NCBI RefSeq assembly: GCF_988243305.1
Contig: NZ_OZ547136.1
Strand: one strand, 5' to 3'
Length of the DNA: 64,000 bases
Shown here: piece after piece, positions 31,081 through 43,036 of the stretch
Position numbering within the stretch: the first letter of the stretch is position 1
Layout of the letters: each line of letters starts with the position of its first letter
Translations under genes and position numbers: made by a program
Notes under the pieces: generated by a model
Database searches by the model: none
The model's input: only the letters and a program-made list of their open reading frames with translations
Told to the model about the DNA's origin: nothing

Positions 31081-31819
31081 TGCTTCCTCCGCATACCGGG
31101 CAACCACTGGCGCGGCGCAACGCCAGGCTGCGCCACTGGCTAGACTTACCGTCGAACAGTCGGAGTTCTCCCGCAGGCGTCTCTATACCGCTTAATAACT
31201 TAATGGCTTCCAGTGCCTGCAAAGTGCCCATAACCCCGACCACCGGGCCAACCACGCCCGCCGTGCGGCAGTTGCGTTCTGGCTCCTGGTTATCTGGCCA
31301 CAGGCAGCGGTAACACCCCTGCTCCCAGGGCGGCGTCAGTACCATCAACTGACCGCCAAATCCGACCGCGCTGGCGGTGATAAGCGGTGTGTTGAGTGCC
31401 ACGCAGGCGGCATTAATCTCCTGGCGAGTCGCCATATTGTCGGTACAGTCGAGCACCACATCGGCTTGTGCAACCGCATCTTTTAACGCCTCACCCGTTA
31501 ACCGTTGTTGTAATGCTGTCAGTTGAATATCGGGATTCAACTGTGTCAGTCGCTGATGGCTGACCTGCGATTTCGGGCGATCGATATCTTCAGTGGTAAA
31601 GAGGATTTGTCGTTGCAGATTGCTTAAATGCACATCGTCGTCATCTGCCAGTACCAGCGTCCCGACGCCAGCGCCCGCCAGGTATAGCGCAGCAGGTGTA
31701 CCCAGCCCGCCAAGACCGATAATCAGCACCTGGCTGTCGAGCAGTTTTTGCTGCCCGTCAAGAGCGATATCGTCGAGCAGGATTTGGCGGCTATAACGCA
31801 TAAAGTCACGGTCATTCAT
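31064..31819 (-). CDS. thiF: ThiS adenylyltransferase ThiF, 251 aa
   Basis: ORF track 31064..31912 trimmed to [15 protein letters not shown]...; GxGxxG nucleotide-binding motif (GLGGLG). Confidence 0.85.
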
Positions 31820-32446
31820 CGCCAACTCCTGCAATTTCCAGCAACTGTGCCGTTGCCAAACGCCAGTCTGCGGCTTGAGTAATGGCGCTGACAACGGCGA
31901 TACTGCCGACACCCGTCGCCATTACCGCTGGCGCGCGCGGCAGACTGATACCGCCAATCGCCACGGTGGGATAATCCGCCAGGCGCTCAACATGCCGTGC
32001 CAGCTGTTCCAGCCCCTGCGGTGCAGAAGGCATCTGTTTGGTTTGCGTCGGGAACACATGTCCCAGCGCGATATAAGAAGGACGTGCTGCCAGCGCGACG
32101 TCGATTTCCATATCATCATGTGTCGAAACGCCCAGCCGCAGACCAGCCGCGCGGATGGCGCTGAGATCGGTGGCTTGCAAATCTTCCTGCCCCAGATGGA
32201 CGCCATATGCCTGATGCTTGATCGCCAGCCGCCAGTAATCGTTGATAAACAATCGCGCGTTATAGCGGCGGCCCAGCGCAATTGCCGCCACGACATCGGC
32301 TTCCACCTCTTCATCGCGCCGATCTTTGATGCGTAGCTGGAGAGTACGCACGCCTGCATCCAACAGACGTTCGATCCACTGTACGCTGTCCACCACCGGG
32401 TACAGTCCTAAACGAAAAGGTACAGGAGGAAAATCAGGCTGATACA

Positions 32447-32447
<1 letters not shown>
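31812..32447 (-). CDS. thiE: Thiamine-phosphate synthase ThiE, 211 aa
   Basis: ORF track 31812..32450 trimmed by one Met; overlaps thiF start. Confidence 0.85.
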
Positions 32448-34345
<1,898 letters not shown>

Positions 34346-34379
34346 TCATTCCAAAAAGTTAAGGACGTGGCTTGTCAGA

Positions 34380-34515
34380 CGACGGATGAAGCAAGAGACG
34401 ATCGCCGCAAAGGCGATGCGATAGCAGATTAACTCTTGTTCCCTTCGCAGGTATTAGCCTGATCAGGTTCCGCGGATCCCGAATAAACGGTCTCAGCCAG
34501 TTAAGGCACTCCGAC
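34380..34515 (-). promoter_or_regulatory. TPP riboswitch (thi-box) in thiC leader
   Basis: Minus-strand leader upstream of thiC contains conserved CUGAGA (plus-strand TCTCAG at ~34491) within ...GGGAUCCGCGGAACCUGAUCAGGCUAAUACCUGCGAAGGGAACAAG; boundaries approximate. Confidence 0.7.
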
Positions 34516-34575
34516 AAGAAATTAGCCCCCACAAACGGGGCGTTGAATGTAAATTACGCGTTAACAGCGCAGAAC

Positions 34576-35052
34576 TCAAGCAGGATGTTTGACGCGGGCG
34601 GCGTCAAGCACCAGCAGAATCAGCTTATCTTCCAGCACAAAGCGCGCTTCCAGCGCCTCGCCGATGTCAGATAAAACCTGTTGAAACTCAAGGTAATTAT
34701 CATGATCGATGGCGGTTTCCAGGCTGGAATCGTAGTAATCCATAATCTGTTGGGTATTGGCTTCGAGTTGCGGCCAAATCTTCGCGGCGCGCGCGAGTTG
34801 CCCGTTGCCTTCCAGCTTATGAAGAATGCGCTCATAAATACTGAAATGCCCGGCAGACAAGTAATCGACCAGGCTCTGACAAAAATCATCAAGGGCTTTT
34901 TCGTTTAGCCTCATGTACGATTCTTTGCCAGGCTTAATGCCAACCAGATTGTAGTAAGCCACGAGCAGATGCTTACGTACATGTAGCCAGCGATCAACCA
35001 GTTTGTTACTTCCTCTGACGCGCTCCGTCAGGTTATCGAGCTGGTTAAGCAT
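34576..35052 (-). CDS. rsd: Rsd, regulator of sigma D (anti-sigma70), 158 aa
   Basis: ORF track; recognised product. Confidence 0.9.
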   Translation of the reverse strand: MLNQLDNLTERVRGSNKLVDRWLHVRKHLLVAYYNLVGIKPGKESYMRLNEKALDDFCQSLVDYLSAGHFSIYERILHKLEGNGQLARAAKIWPQLEANTQQIMDYYDSSLETAIDHDNYLEFQQVLSDIGEALEARFVLEDKLILLVLDAARVKHPA

Positions 35053-35146
35053 GATTGACTCCGCAAGTTTGTATTCAAAAACTGCTCAGTGAGAAATGTA
35101 AAAACCATGTTAAACATGCCAGTGATGCAAAGGTAGTGCAAGAGCT

Positions 35147-35920
35147 ATGGATCGTATAATTGAAAAATTAGATCACGGCTGGTGGGTCGTCAGCCATGAA
35201 CAAAAATTATGGTTGCCGAAGGGAGAATTGCCATATGGCGAAGCGGCAAATTTCGATCTTGTGGGTCAGCGCGCACTACAAATCGGCGAATGGCAGGGGG
35301 AACCTGTTTGGTTAATACAACAGCAGCGTCGTCACGATATGGGGTCGGTACGTCAGGTCATTGATCTCGATGTTGGGCTGTTTCAACTGGCCGGACGTGG
35401 CGTGCAACTGGCGGAGTTTTACCGATCGCATAAATACTGTGGTTACTGCGGGCATGAAATGTATCCAAGCAAAACCGAATGGGCGATGCTGTGCAGCCAT
35501 TGCCGTGAGCGTTACTACCCGCAAATCGCCCCCTGCATTATTGTTGCCATCCGTCGCGATGATTCGATCCTCCTTGCCCAGCATACCCGCCATCGCAACG
35601 GTGTCCATACGGTACTTGCCGGATTCGTCGAAGTGGGCGAAACCCTCGAGCAGGCGGTCGCGCGGGAAGTGATGGAAGAGAGCGGAATTAAAGTTAAAAA
35701 CTTGCGTTATGTGACTTCCCAGCCGTGGCCGTTTCCTCAGTCTTTAATGACCGCGTTTATGGCGGAATATGACAGCGGCGAGATCGTTATCGACCCGAAA
35801 GAATTGCTCGAGGCGAACTGGTATCGCTATGACGATTTGCCGTTACTCCCGCCGCCCGGCACCGTAGCGCGCCGTCTGATAGAAGATACGGTGGCGATGT
35901 GTCGGGCAGAGTATGAGTGA
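35147..35920 (+). CDS. nudC: NADH pyrophosphatase NudC (Nudix), 257 aa
   Basis: ORF track; Nudix box [22 protein letters not shown]; zinc-binding Cys pairs. Confidence 0.9.
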   Translation: MDRIIEKLDHGWWVVSHEQKLWLPKGELPYGEAANFDLVGQRALQIGEWQGEPVWLIQQQRRHDMGSVRQVIDLDVGLFQLAGRGVQLAEFYRSHKYCGYCGHEMYPSKTEWAMLCSHCRERYYPQIAPCIIVAIRRDDSILLAQHTRHRNGVHTVLAGFVEVGETLEQAVAREVMEESGIKVKNLRYVTSQPWPFPQSLMTAFMAEYDSGEIVIDPKELLEANWYRYDDLPLLPPPGTVARRLIEDTVAMCRAEYE

Positions 35921-35959
35921 TGATACACTGACCGCCTGACGCACTAAGGAACAGCCAAA

Positions 35960-37024
35960 ATGACCGAACTTAAAAACGATCGTTATCTGCGGGCGCTGCT
36001 GCGCCAGCCCGTTGATGTCACTCCAGTATGGATGATGCGCCAGGCGGGTCGCTATCTACCGGAATATAAAGCCACGCGCGCCCAGGCGGGCGATTTTATG
36101 TCGCTGTGCAAAAACGCCGAGCTGGCGTGCGAAGTGACTTTGCAACCGCTGCGCCGCTACCCGCTGGATGCGGCGATCCTCTTTTCCGATATCCTCACCG
36201 TGCCGGACGCGATGGGGTTAGGGCTCTATTTTGAAGCCGGAGAAGGTCCGCGTTTTACCTCGCCAGTCACCTGCAAAGCTGACGTCGATAAACTGCCAAT
36301 TCCGGACCCGGAAGATGAGCTGGGTTACGTGATGAACGTGGTGCGTACCATTCGTCGCGAACTGAAAGGCGAAGTGCCGCTGATTGGTTTTTCCGGCAGC
36401 CCGTGGACGCTGGCGACCTACATGGTGGAAGGCGGCAGCAGCAAAGCGTTCACCGTGATCAAAAAAATGATGTATGCCGATCCGCAGGCGCTGCACGCTC
36501 TGCTCGATAAACTGGCGAAAAGCGTCACTCTGTATCTGAATGCGCAGATTAAAGCCGGTGCTCAGGCAGTGATGATTTTCGACACCTGGGGCGGTGTGCT
36601 TACCGGGCGCGATTATCAACAGTTCTCGCTCTATTACATGCATAAAATTGTTGATGGTTTACTGCGTGAAAACGACGGTCGCCGCGTACCGGTCACGCTG
36701 TTTACCAAAGGCGGCGGACAGTGGCTGGAAGCGATGGCAGAAACCGGTTGCGATGCGCTGGGCCTCGACTGGACAACGGACATCGCCGATGCGCGCCGCC
36801 GCGTGGGCAATAAAGTCGCGTTGCAGGGCAATATGGATCCGTCGATGCTGTACGCGCCGCCAGCCCGCATTGAAGAAGAAGTAGCGACTATACTTGCAGG
36901 TTTCGGTCACGGTGAAGGTCATGTCTTTAACCTTGGTCACGGCATTCATCAGGATGTGCCGCCAGAACATGCTGGCGTGTTTGTGGAGGCAGTGCATCGG
37001 TTATCTGAACAGTATCACCGCTAA
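35960..37024 (+). CDS. hemE: Uroporphyrinogen decarboxylase HemE, 354 aa
   Basis: ORF track; [36 protein letters not shown]... Confidence 0.9.
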   Translation: MTELKNDRYLRALLRQPVDVTPVWMMRQAGRYLPEYKATRAQAGDFMSLCKNAELACEVTLQPLRRYPLDAAILFSDILTVPDAMGLGLYFEAGEGPRFTSPVTCKADVDKLPIPDPEDELGYVMNVVRTIRRELKGEVPLIGFSGSPWTLATYMVEGGSSKAFTVIKKMMYADPQALHALLDKLAKSVTLYLNAQIKAGAQAVMIFDTWGGVLTGRDYQQFSLYYMHKIVDGLLRENDGRRVPVTLFTKGGGQWLEAMAETGCDALGLDWTTDIADARRRVGNKVALQGNMDPSMLYAPPARIEEEVATILAGFGHGEGHVFNLGHGIHQDVPPEHAGVFVEAVHRLSEQYHR

Positions 37025-37025
37025 G

Positions 37026-37167
37026 AGCCTGGTCCATCAGGCTATTTTATTTGCCATTTTGAGGCCGGACAGCGCGGAAAAACCGGAGCGTACACGTAGT
37101 ACGTGAGGATTTTGAGCACTGCCCGGCCTCAAACTGCCTTCAACAATTACGCCTGGTGGACCAGGCT
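37026..37167. mobile_element. 142-bp MITE-like palindromic element: 17-bp terminal inverted repeats (AGCCTGGTCCAYCAGGC) flanked by 5-bp direct repeats CTAAG (37021-37025 and 37168-37172)
   Basis: Seen in sequence: left end AGCCTGGTCCATCAGGC, reverse complement of right end AGCCTGGTCCACCAGGC (16/17); internal 11-bp perfect inverted repeat TTTGAGGCCGG / CCGGCCTCAAA and central palindrome CACGTA-G-TACGTG; no coding capacity. Confidence 0.55.
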
Positions 37168-37180
37168 CTAAGGAGCGATT

Positions 37181-37852
37181 ATGGATCTCGCGTCATTACG
37201 CGCTCAACAAATTGAACTGGCTTCTTCTGTGATCCGCGAGGATCGACTCGATAAAGATCCGCCGGATCTGATCGCCGGAGCCGATGTCGGGTTTGAGCAG
37301 GGCGGAGAAGTGACGCGAGCGGCGATGGTGCTGCTGAAATACCCCTCGCTTGAGCTGGTGGAGTATAAAGTGGCCCGCATCGCCACCACCATGCCTTACA
37401 TTCCAGGTTTTCTCTCCTTCCGCGAATATCCTGCGCTGCTGGCAGCGTGGGAGATGCTGTCGCAAAAGCCGGATTTAGTGTTTGTCGATGGTCACGGGAT
37501 CTCGCATCCTCGCCGTCTTGGCGTCGCCAGCCACTTTGGTTTGCTGGTGGATGTGCCAACGATAGGCGTGGCGAAAAAACGGCTCTGCGGTAAATTCGAA
37601 CCGCTCTCCAGTGAACCGGGCGCGCTGGCACCGCTGATGGATAAAGGCGAGCAGCTGGCCTGGGTCTGGCGCAGCAAAGCGCGCTGTAACCCGTTGTTTA
37701 TCGCTACCGGCCATCGGGTCAGCGTAGACAGCGCGCTGGCGTGGGTACAACGCTGCATGAAAGGCTATCGTCTGCCGGAGCCAACGCGCTGGGCGGACGC
37801 GGTGGCCTCGGAACGTCCGGCGTTCGTGCGCTATACAGCAAATCAGCCCTAA
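37181..37852 (+). CDS. nfi: Endonuclease V (deoxyinosine 3' endonuclease), 223 aa
   Basis: ORF track; recognised product; RBS AAGGAG 7 nt upstream. Confidence 0.9.
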
Positions 37853-37894
37853 TTCAGGTAAACTGCGGATAATTTCCGTATTTGAGAACTCAAC

Positions 37895-38485
37895 ATGTTA
37901 CAAAACCCAATTCATCTGCGTCTGGAGCGCCTGGAAAGCTGGCAGCACGTCACTTTTATGGCCTGCTTATGCGAACGCATGTACCCTAATTACGCCGTAT
38001 TCTGTCAGCAAACTGGTTTTGGTGATGGGCAGATTTACCGCCGCATTCTCGATCTCATCTGGGAAACGCTGACCGTCAAAGACGCAAAAGTAAATTTCGA
38101 CAGCCAACTGGAGAAATTTGAAGAAGCGATTCCTTCAGCCGACGATTTCGATCTGTACGGCGTTTATCCGGCAATCGATGCATGCGTGGCGTTAAGTGAA
38201 CTGGTCCATTCGCGTTTGAGTGGTGAAACGCTCGAACACGCGGTGGAAGTGAGTAAGACCTCCATCACGACCGTTGCGATGCTGGAAATGACTCAGGCTG
38301 GTCGCGAAATGAGCGATGAAGAGCTCAAAGAAAACCCAGCTGTAGAGCAAGAATGGGACATTCAGTGGGAAATATTCCGACTTTTAGCTGAGTGCGAAGA
38401 ACGCGATATCGAGCTGATAAAAGGCCTTAGGGCAGACCTGCGTGAGGCGGGCGAGAGCAATATTGGTATAATTTTTCAGCAATAA
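37895..38485 (+). CDS. yjaG: YjaG (DUF416), 196 aa
   Basis: ORF track; conserved K-12 position. Confidence 0.8.
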   Translation: MLQNPIHLRLERLESWQHVTFMACLCERMYPNYAVFCQQTGFGDGQIYRRILDLIWETLTVKDAKVNFDSQLEKFEEAIPSADDFDLYGVYPAIDACVALSELVHSRLSGETLEHAVEVSKTSITTVAMLEMTQAGREMSDEELKENPAVEQEWDIQWEIFRLLAECEERDIELIKGLRADLREAGESNIGIIFQQ

Positions 38486-38671
38486 GACCAGAAAACGTGA
38501 TTTAACGCCTGATTTGTCGTACCTGGAGTCTTCCCTTTCGCCCCCCGTCTGGTCTACATTTGGGGGGCGAAAAAAAGTGGCTATCGGTGCGTGTATGCAG
38601 GAGAGTGCTATTCTGGCATTTCCGTCGCACTCGATGCTTAGCAAGCGATAAACACATTGTAAGGATAACTT

Positions 38672-38944
38672 ATGAACAAGACTCAACTGATTGATGTAAT
38701 TGCAGAGAAAGCAGAACTGTCCAAAACCCAGGCTAAAGCTGCTCTGGAGTCCACTCTGGCTGCAATTACTGAGTCTCTGAAAGAAGGCGATGCTGTACAA
38801 CTGGTTGGTTTCGGTACCTTCAAAGTGAACCACCGCGCTGAGCGTACTGGCCGCAACCCGCAGACCGGTAAAGAAATCAAAATTGCCGCAGCTAACGTGC
38901 CGGCATTTGTTTCTGGCAAGGCACTGAAAGACGCAGTTAAGTAA
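38672..38944 (+). CDS. hupA: DNA-binding protein HU-alpha, 90 aa
   Basis: ORF track; [90 protein letters not shown]. Confidence 0.95.
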
Positions 38945-38950
38945 GATTGC

Positions 38951-39652
38951 GTGGCAGTGAACAGTTTTAACGAAGGGGTGGTTTCACCCCTTTTGTCTTT
39001 CTGGCGTCGATCATTGATGCTGGCAGGCGCTCTGTTTCTCACTGCCTGTAGTCACAACTCTTCACTTCCTCCCTTTACCGCCAGTGGATTTGCTGAAGAC
39101 CAGGGCGCGGTACGCATCTGGCGAAAAGACAGCGGCGATAATGTGCATCTGCTTGCCGTGTTTAGCCCGTGGCGCAGTGGCGATACCACAACGCGAGAGT
39201 ATCGCTGGCAGGGCGATAACCTCACGCTCATCAATATCAATGTTTACAGCAAACCGCCGGTGAACATTCGCGCGCGTTTTGACGATCGCGGCGATCTGAG
39301 CTTTATGCAACGTGAATCCGATGGGGAAAAGCAGCAGCTTTCTAACGACCAAATCGATTTATACCGTTATCGTGCTGATCAGATCCGCCAGATTAGCGAT
39401 GCCTTACGTCAGGGGAGAGTCGTGCTGCGCCAGGGGCGCTGGCATGCGATGGAGCAGACTGTGACCACCTGCGAAGGGCAAACCATTAAACCTGATTTAG
39501 ATTCGCAGGCGATAGCGCATATCGAGCGCCGCCAGAGCCGCTCTTCTGTTGATGTCAGCGTGGCATGGCTGGAAGCGCCCGAAGGTTCGCAATTACTGTT
39601 GGTGGCAAACTCTGATTTCTGTCGCTGGCAACCCAACGAGAAAACGTTCTGA
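38951..39652 (+). CDS. yjaH: YjaH (DUF1481) putative lipoprotein, 233 aa (start uncertain; GTG at 38957 also possible)
   Basis: ORF track; lipobox-like LFLTAC near N-terminus. Confidence 0.75.
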   Translation: MAVNSFNEGVVSPLLSFWRRSLMLAGALFLTACSHNSSLPPFTASGFAEDQGAVRIWRKDSGDNVHLLAVFSPWRSGDTTTREYRWQGDNLTLININVYSKPPVNIRARFDDRGDLSFMQRESDGEKQQLSNDQIDLYRYRADQIRQISDALRQGRVVLRQGRWHAMEQTVTTCEGQTIKPDLDSQAIAHIERRQSRSSVDVSVAWLEAPEGSQLLLVANSDFCRWQPNEKTF

Positions 39653-39653
39653 T

Positions 39654-40079
39654 TTACCAGTGGCCCATACCCATATGACCGCCACCACCGCAGCCGCCGT
39701 AGCCCATGCCCATTCCGGCTCCGCGCGGAATACCCGCTTCAGCCATCGCAATATCCCGTTTCACCCGTAACTCATCTAACGACTGACGCAAAGCCTCCAT
39801 CTCTTTGGCGACCGCGTTAATTTTGCTGCTATCCGGTGGGTTCGCGGCTAACAGGGCATTGTATTCATAACGCTTCGTCACCAGTTGCTGTTGCAGTGCG
39901 CTGCTTTGAGCGTAAAAGTCATTATGGATTTTCTGCCACGCTGTTTGTTGTTCGCTGGTCAAGGGCGCGGCATTTTGTTGCCACATCCCGTGTCCGCCGT
40001 GAGCAAATACAGATGTCGATCCCATCGCCATTGCTGAAAGCGCCATCATCACCAGGGCAATTTTCGTGTTCCGTTTCAT
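39654..40079 (-). CDS. zraP: Zinc-resistance-associated periplasmic protein ZraP, 141 aa
   Basis: ORF track 39654..40220 trimmed to MKRNTKIALVMMALSAMAMG signal peptide; Gly/His/Met-rich C-terminus GMGMGYGGCGGGGHMGMGHW. Confidence 0.85.
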   Translation of the reverse strand: MKRNTKIALVMMALSAMAMGSTSVFAHGGHGMWQQNAAPLTSEQQTAWQKIHNDFYAQSSALQQQLVTKRYEYNALLAANPPDSSKINAVAKEMEALRQSLDELRVKRDIAMAEAGIPRGAGMGMGYGGCGGGGHMGMGHW

Positions 40080-40113
40080 GGTTAATCCTCCAGTGGTTGT
40101 CTTACTTTGGGTA

Positions 40114-40131
40114 TTGCATCTTTCGTGCCAA
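40114..40131 (-). promoter_or_regulatory. sigma54 promoter for zraP (-24 TGGCACG / -12 TGCA)
   Basis: Minus strand reads TTGGCACGAAAGATGCAA (GG-N10-GC spacing). Confidence 0.7.
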
Positions 40132-40172
40132 CAACGAAACGCTGATATGACGGGTAATCTGGCATGATAAAC

Positions 40173-40218
40173 GAGTAAAAATGACTCGCCTGTTGTGGGT
40201 AGCGAGTCATTTTTACTC
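40173..40218. promoter_or_regulatory. ZraR (sigma54 enhancer-binding protein) sites: two perfect 17-bp inverted repeats GAGTAAAAATGACTCGC / GCGAGTCATTTTTACTC
   Basis: Seen in sequence at 40173-40189 and 40202-40218, centred between the divergent sigma54 promoters. Confidence 0.7.
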
Positions 40219-40268
40219 ATTGAAACTTAAGTCTTTGTGTTACAGCGCAGGGTAAGCGCTGCTAAAAG

Positions 40269-40285
40269 ATGGCATGATTTCTGCT
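40269..40285 (+). promoter_or_regulatory. sigma54 promoter for zraSR (-24 TGGCATG / -12 TGCT)
   Basis: aTGGCATGatttcTGCTg with GG-N10-GC spacing. Confidence 0.6.
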
Positions 40286-40325
40286 GTCAAAAAGGGATGA
40301 ACAGGCAAAGAAGAAGATACGTTTT

Positions 40326-41714
40326 ATGCAACGTTCAAAAGACACCTTAGCCAAATGGTTAAGCGCGATCCTCCCCGTGGTCATTGTTGGGCTGGTGGGA
40401 ATGTTTGCGGTAACGGTGATTCGTGATTATGGGCGGGCAAGTGAGGCTGACCGTCAGGCATTACTGGAAAAAGGTAATGTGCTCATTCGCGCTCTGGAGT
40501 CAGGAAGCCGCGTAGGGATGGGGATGCGAATGCACCATGTGCAGCAACAGGCGCTTCTGGAAGAGATGGCAGGCCAGCCTGGGGTGTTGTGGTTTGCGGT
40601 CACCGATGCGCAGGGCATCATCATTCTTCACAGTAACCCCGAAATGGTCGGGCGTGCACTCTATTCTCCTGATGAAATGCAGCAGTTAAAGCCAGAGGAA
40701 AACTCCCGCTGGAGACTGCTTGAGGATGCAGAAAAAACGCCTGCGCTTGAGGTCTATCGTTTGTTCCAGCCAATGTCATTGCCCTGGCGGCATGGTATGC
40801 ACAATATGCCGCGCTGTAACGGCAAAGCTGTGCCACAGGCAGAAGCACAACAGGCTATTTTCATCGCCGTTGACGCCAGCGATCTGGTTGCAACCCAGAG
40901 TGGGGAAAAGCGCAATACCCTGATTATCCTCTTCGCCCTGGCGACGGTCTTGCTGGCAAGCGTGTTGTCATTCTTCTGGTATCGTCGCTATCTGCGCTCG
41001 CGCCAGTTGTTGCAAGATGAAATGAAGCGCAAAGAGAAGCTGGTGGCGCTGGGGCATCTTGCGGCAGGTGTTGCCCACGAAATCCGTAACCCACTTTCCT
41101 CGATTAAAGGGCTGGCGAAATACTTTGCCGAACGCGCGCCAGCCGGGGGAGAAGCGCATCAACTGGCGCAGGTGATGGCGAAAGAAGCCGACCGTTTAAA
41201 CCGCGTGGTAAGCGAGTTGCTGGAACTGGTTAAGCCAACGCATCTGGCTTTGCAGGCGGTGGATCTCAACACGCTGATTAACCACTCATTACAGCTGGTA
41301 AGCCAGGATGCAAACAGCCGGGAGATCCAGTTACGCTTTACTGCCAACGACGCGTTGCCGGAAATTCAGGCCGACCCGGACAGGCTGACTCAGGTCCTGT
41401 TGAATCTCTATCTCAATGCTATTCAGGCGATTGGTCAGCATGGCGTGATTAGCGTGACGGCCAGCGAAAGCGGCGCGGGCGTGAAAATCAGCGTTACCGA
41501 CAGCGGTAAGGGAATTGCGGCAGATCAGCTTGAAGCCATCTTCACCCCGTACTTCACCACCAAAGCCGAAGGCACCGGACTGGGGCTGGCGGTCGTGCAT
41601 AATATTGTTGAACAACACGGTGGTACAATTCAGGTCGCAAGCCAGGAGGGAAAAGGCGCAACGTTCACCCTCTGGCTTCCGGTCAATATTACGCGTAAGG
41701 ACCCACAAGGATGA
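40326..41714 (+). CDS. zraS: Sensor histidine kinase ZraS (HydH), 462 aa as called here
   Basis: ORF track; H-box AHEIRNPLSSI, G-boxes DSGKGI / GTGLGLAV; in-frame ATA-CGT-TTT precedes the ATG (see findings). Confidence 0.85.
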   Translation: MQRSKDTLAKWLSAILPVVIVGLVGMFAVTVIRDYGRASEADRQALLEKGNVLIRALESGSRVGMGMRMHHVQQQALLEEMAGQPGVLWFAVTDAQGIIILHSNPEMVGRALYSPDEMQQLKPEENSRWRLLEDAEKTPALEVYRLFQPMSLPWRHGMHNMPRCNGKAVPQAEAQQAIFIAVDASDLVATQSGEKRNTLIILFALATVLLASVLSFFWYRRYLRSRQLLQDEMKRKEKLVALGHLAAGVAHEIRNPLSSIKGLAKYFAERAPAGGEAHQLAQVMAKEADRLNRVVSELLELVKPTHLALQAVDLNTLINHSLQLVSQDANSREIQLRFTANDALPEIQADPDRLTQVLLNLYLNAIQAIGQHGVISVTASESGAGVKISVTDSGKGIAADQLEAIFTPYFTTKAEGTGLGLAVVHNIVEQHGGTIQVASQEGKGATFTLWLPVNITRKDPQG

Positions 41715-43036
41715 CGCACGATAATATCGATATTCTGGTGGTGGATGATGACATTAGCCACTGCACTATTTTGCAGGCTTTGCTGCGCGGCTGGGGCTAT
41801 AACGTCGCGCTGGCGAACAGCGGGCGACAGGCGCTGGAGCAGGTGCGGGAACAGGTTTTTGATCTTGTGCTTTGCGATGTGCGAATGGCAGAGATGGATG
41901 GCATCGCCACGCTCAAAGAGATCAAAGCGTTAAATCCGGCAATTCCGGTACTGATTATGACCGCGTACTCCAGCGTCGAGACGGCGGTAGAGGCGTTGAA
42001 AACCGGGGCGCTGGATTATCTCATCAAGCCGCTGGATTTCGATAACCTGCAGGCGACGCTGGAAAAGGCGCTCGCACATACGCACAGTGTTGACGCTGAA
42101 ACGCCTGCGGTGTCTGCCAGCCAGTTCAGTATGGTCGGTAAAAGCCCGGCGATGCAACACCTGCTCAGTGAAATCGCCCTCGTCGCGCCATCGGAAGCCA
42201 CGGTGCTGATCCACGGCGATTCCGGCACCGGTAAAGAGCTGGTCGCCAGGGCGATTCACGCCAGTAGCGCACGGAGTGAAAAACCACTGGTAACGCTCAA
42301 CTGTGCGGCACTCAACGAATCCTTGCTGGAATCTGAATTGTTCGGTCACGAAAAAGGGGCGTTTACCGGAGCCGACAAACGGCGGGAAGGGCGCTTTGTT
42401 GAGGCGGACGGCGGCACGCTGTTTCTCGATGAAATTGGCGATATCTCGCCGATGATGCAGGTTCGTCTGCTGCGTGCGATTCAGGAGCGCGAAGTTCAGC
42501 GTGTCGGCAGCAACCAGACCATCTCGGTTGATGTCCGGCTGATTGCGGCGACTCATCGCGATCTTGCCGCAGAGGTGAATGCCGGGCGTTTTCGCCAGGA
42601 TCTCTACTATCGCCTGAACGTGGTGGCGATTGAAGTTCCGTCGCTGCGTCAGCGGCGGGAAGATATTCCTCTGCTGGCAAACCATTTTCTTCAGCGCTTT
42701 GCCGAGCGTAATCGCAAGGCGGTAAAAGGTTTTACGCCCCAGGCGATGGATCTGCTGATTCACTACGACTGGCCGGGAAATATTCGTGAACTGGAAAACG
42801 CGGTGGAACGGGCGGTGGTGCTGCTGACCGGGGAATATATTTCCGAACGCGAGCTGCCGCTGGCGATTGCGAGTACGCCGATCCCGCTGGTACAAAGTCA
42901 GGATATTCAGCCGCTGGTGGAAGTCGAAAAAGAGGTGATTCTTGCGGCACTGGAGAAAACGGGCGGCAACAAAACCGAAGCCGCCCGTCAGTTAGGGATC
43001 ACGCGCAAAACGCTCTTGGCAAAACTGTCGCGTTAG
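41711..43036 (+). CDS. zraR: sigma54-dependent response regulator ZraR (HydG), 441 aa
   Basis: ORF track; receiver domain, AAA+ GAFTGA motif (EKGAFTGA), C-terminal HTH; ATGA overlap with zraS. Confidence 0.9.
   Translation: MTHDNIDILVVDDDISHCTILQALLRGWGYNVALANSGRQALEQVREQVFDLVLCDVRMAEMDGIATLKEIKALNPAIPVLIMTAYSSVETAVEALKTGALDYLIKPLDFDNLQATLEKALAHTHSVDAETPAVSASQFSMVGKSPAMQHLLSEIALVAPSEATVLIHGDSGTGKELVARAIHASSARSEKPLVTLNCAALNESLLESELFGHEKGAFTGADKRREGRFVEADGGTLFLDEIGDISPMMQVRLLRAIQEREVQRVGSNQTISVDVRLIAATHRDLAAEVNAGRFRQDLYYRLNVVAIEVPSLRQRREDIPLLANHFLQRFAERNRKAVKGFTPQAMDLLIHYDWPGNIRELENAVERAVVLLTGEYISERELPLAIASTPIPLVQSQDIQPLVEVEKEVILAALEKTGGNKTEAARQLGITRKTLLAKLSR

Noticed and set aside
37026-37167. 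Considered whether the hemE-nfi element is a REP/BIME or an ERIC/IRU unit
   Set aside because: It does not match the REP consensus (GCCKGATGCGRCG...) or the ERIC core as I recall them; TIR-plus-direct-repeat architecture fits a MITE better. Family assignment remains open.
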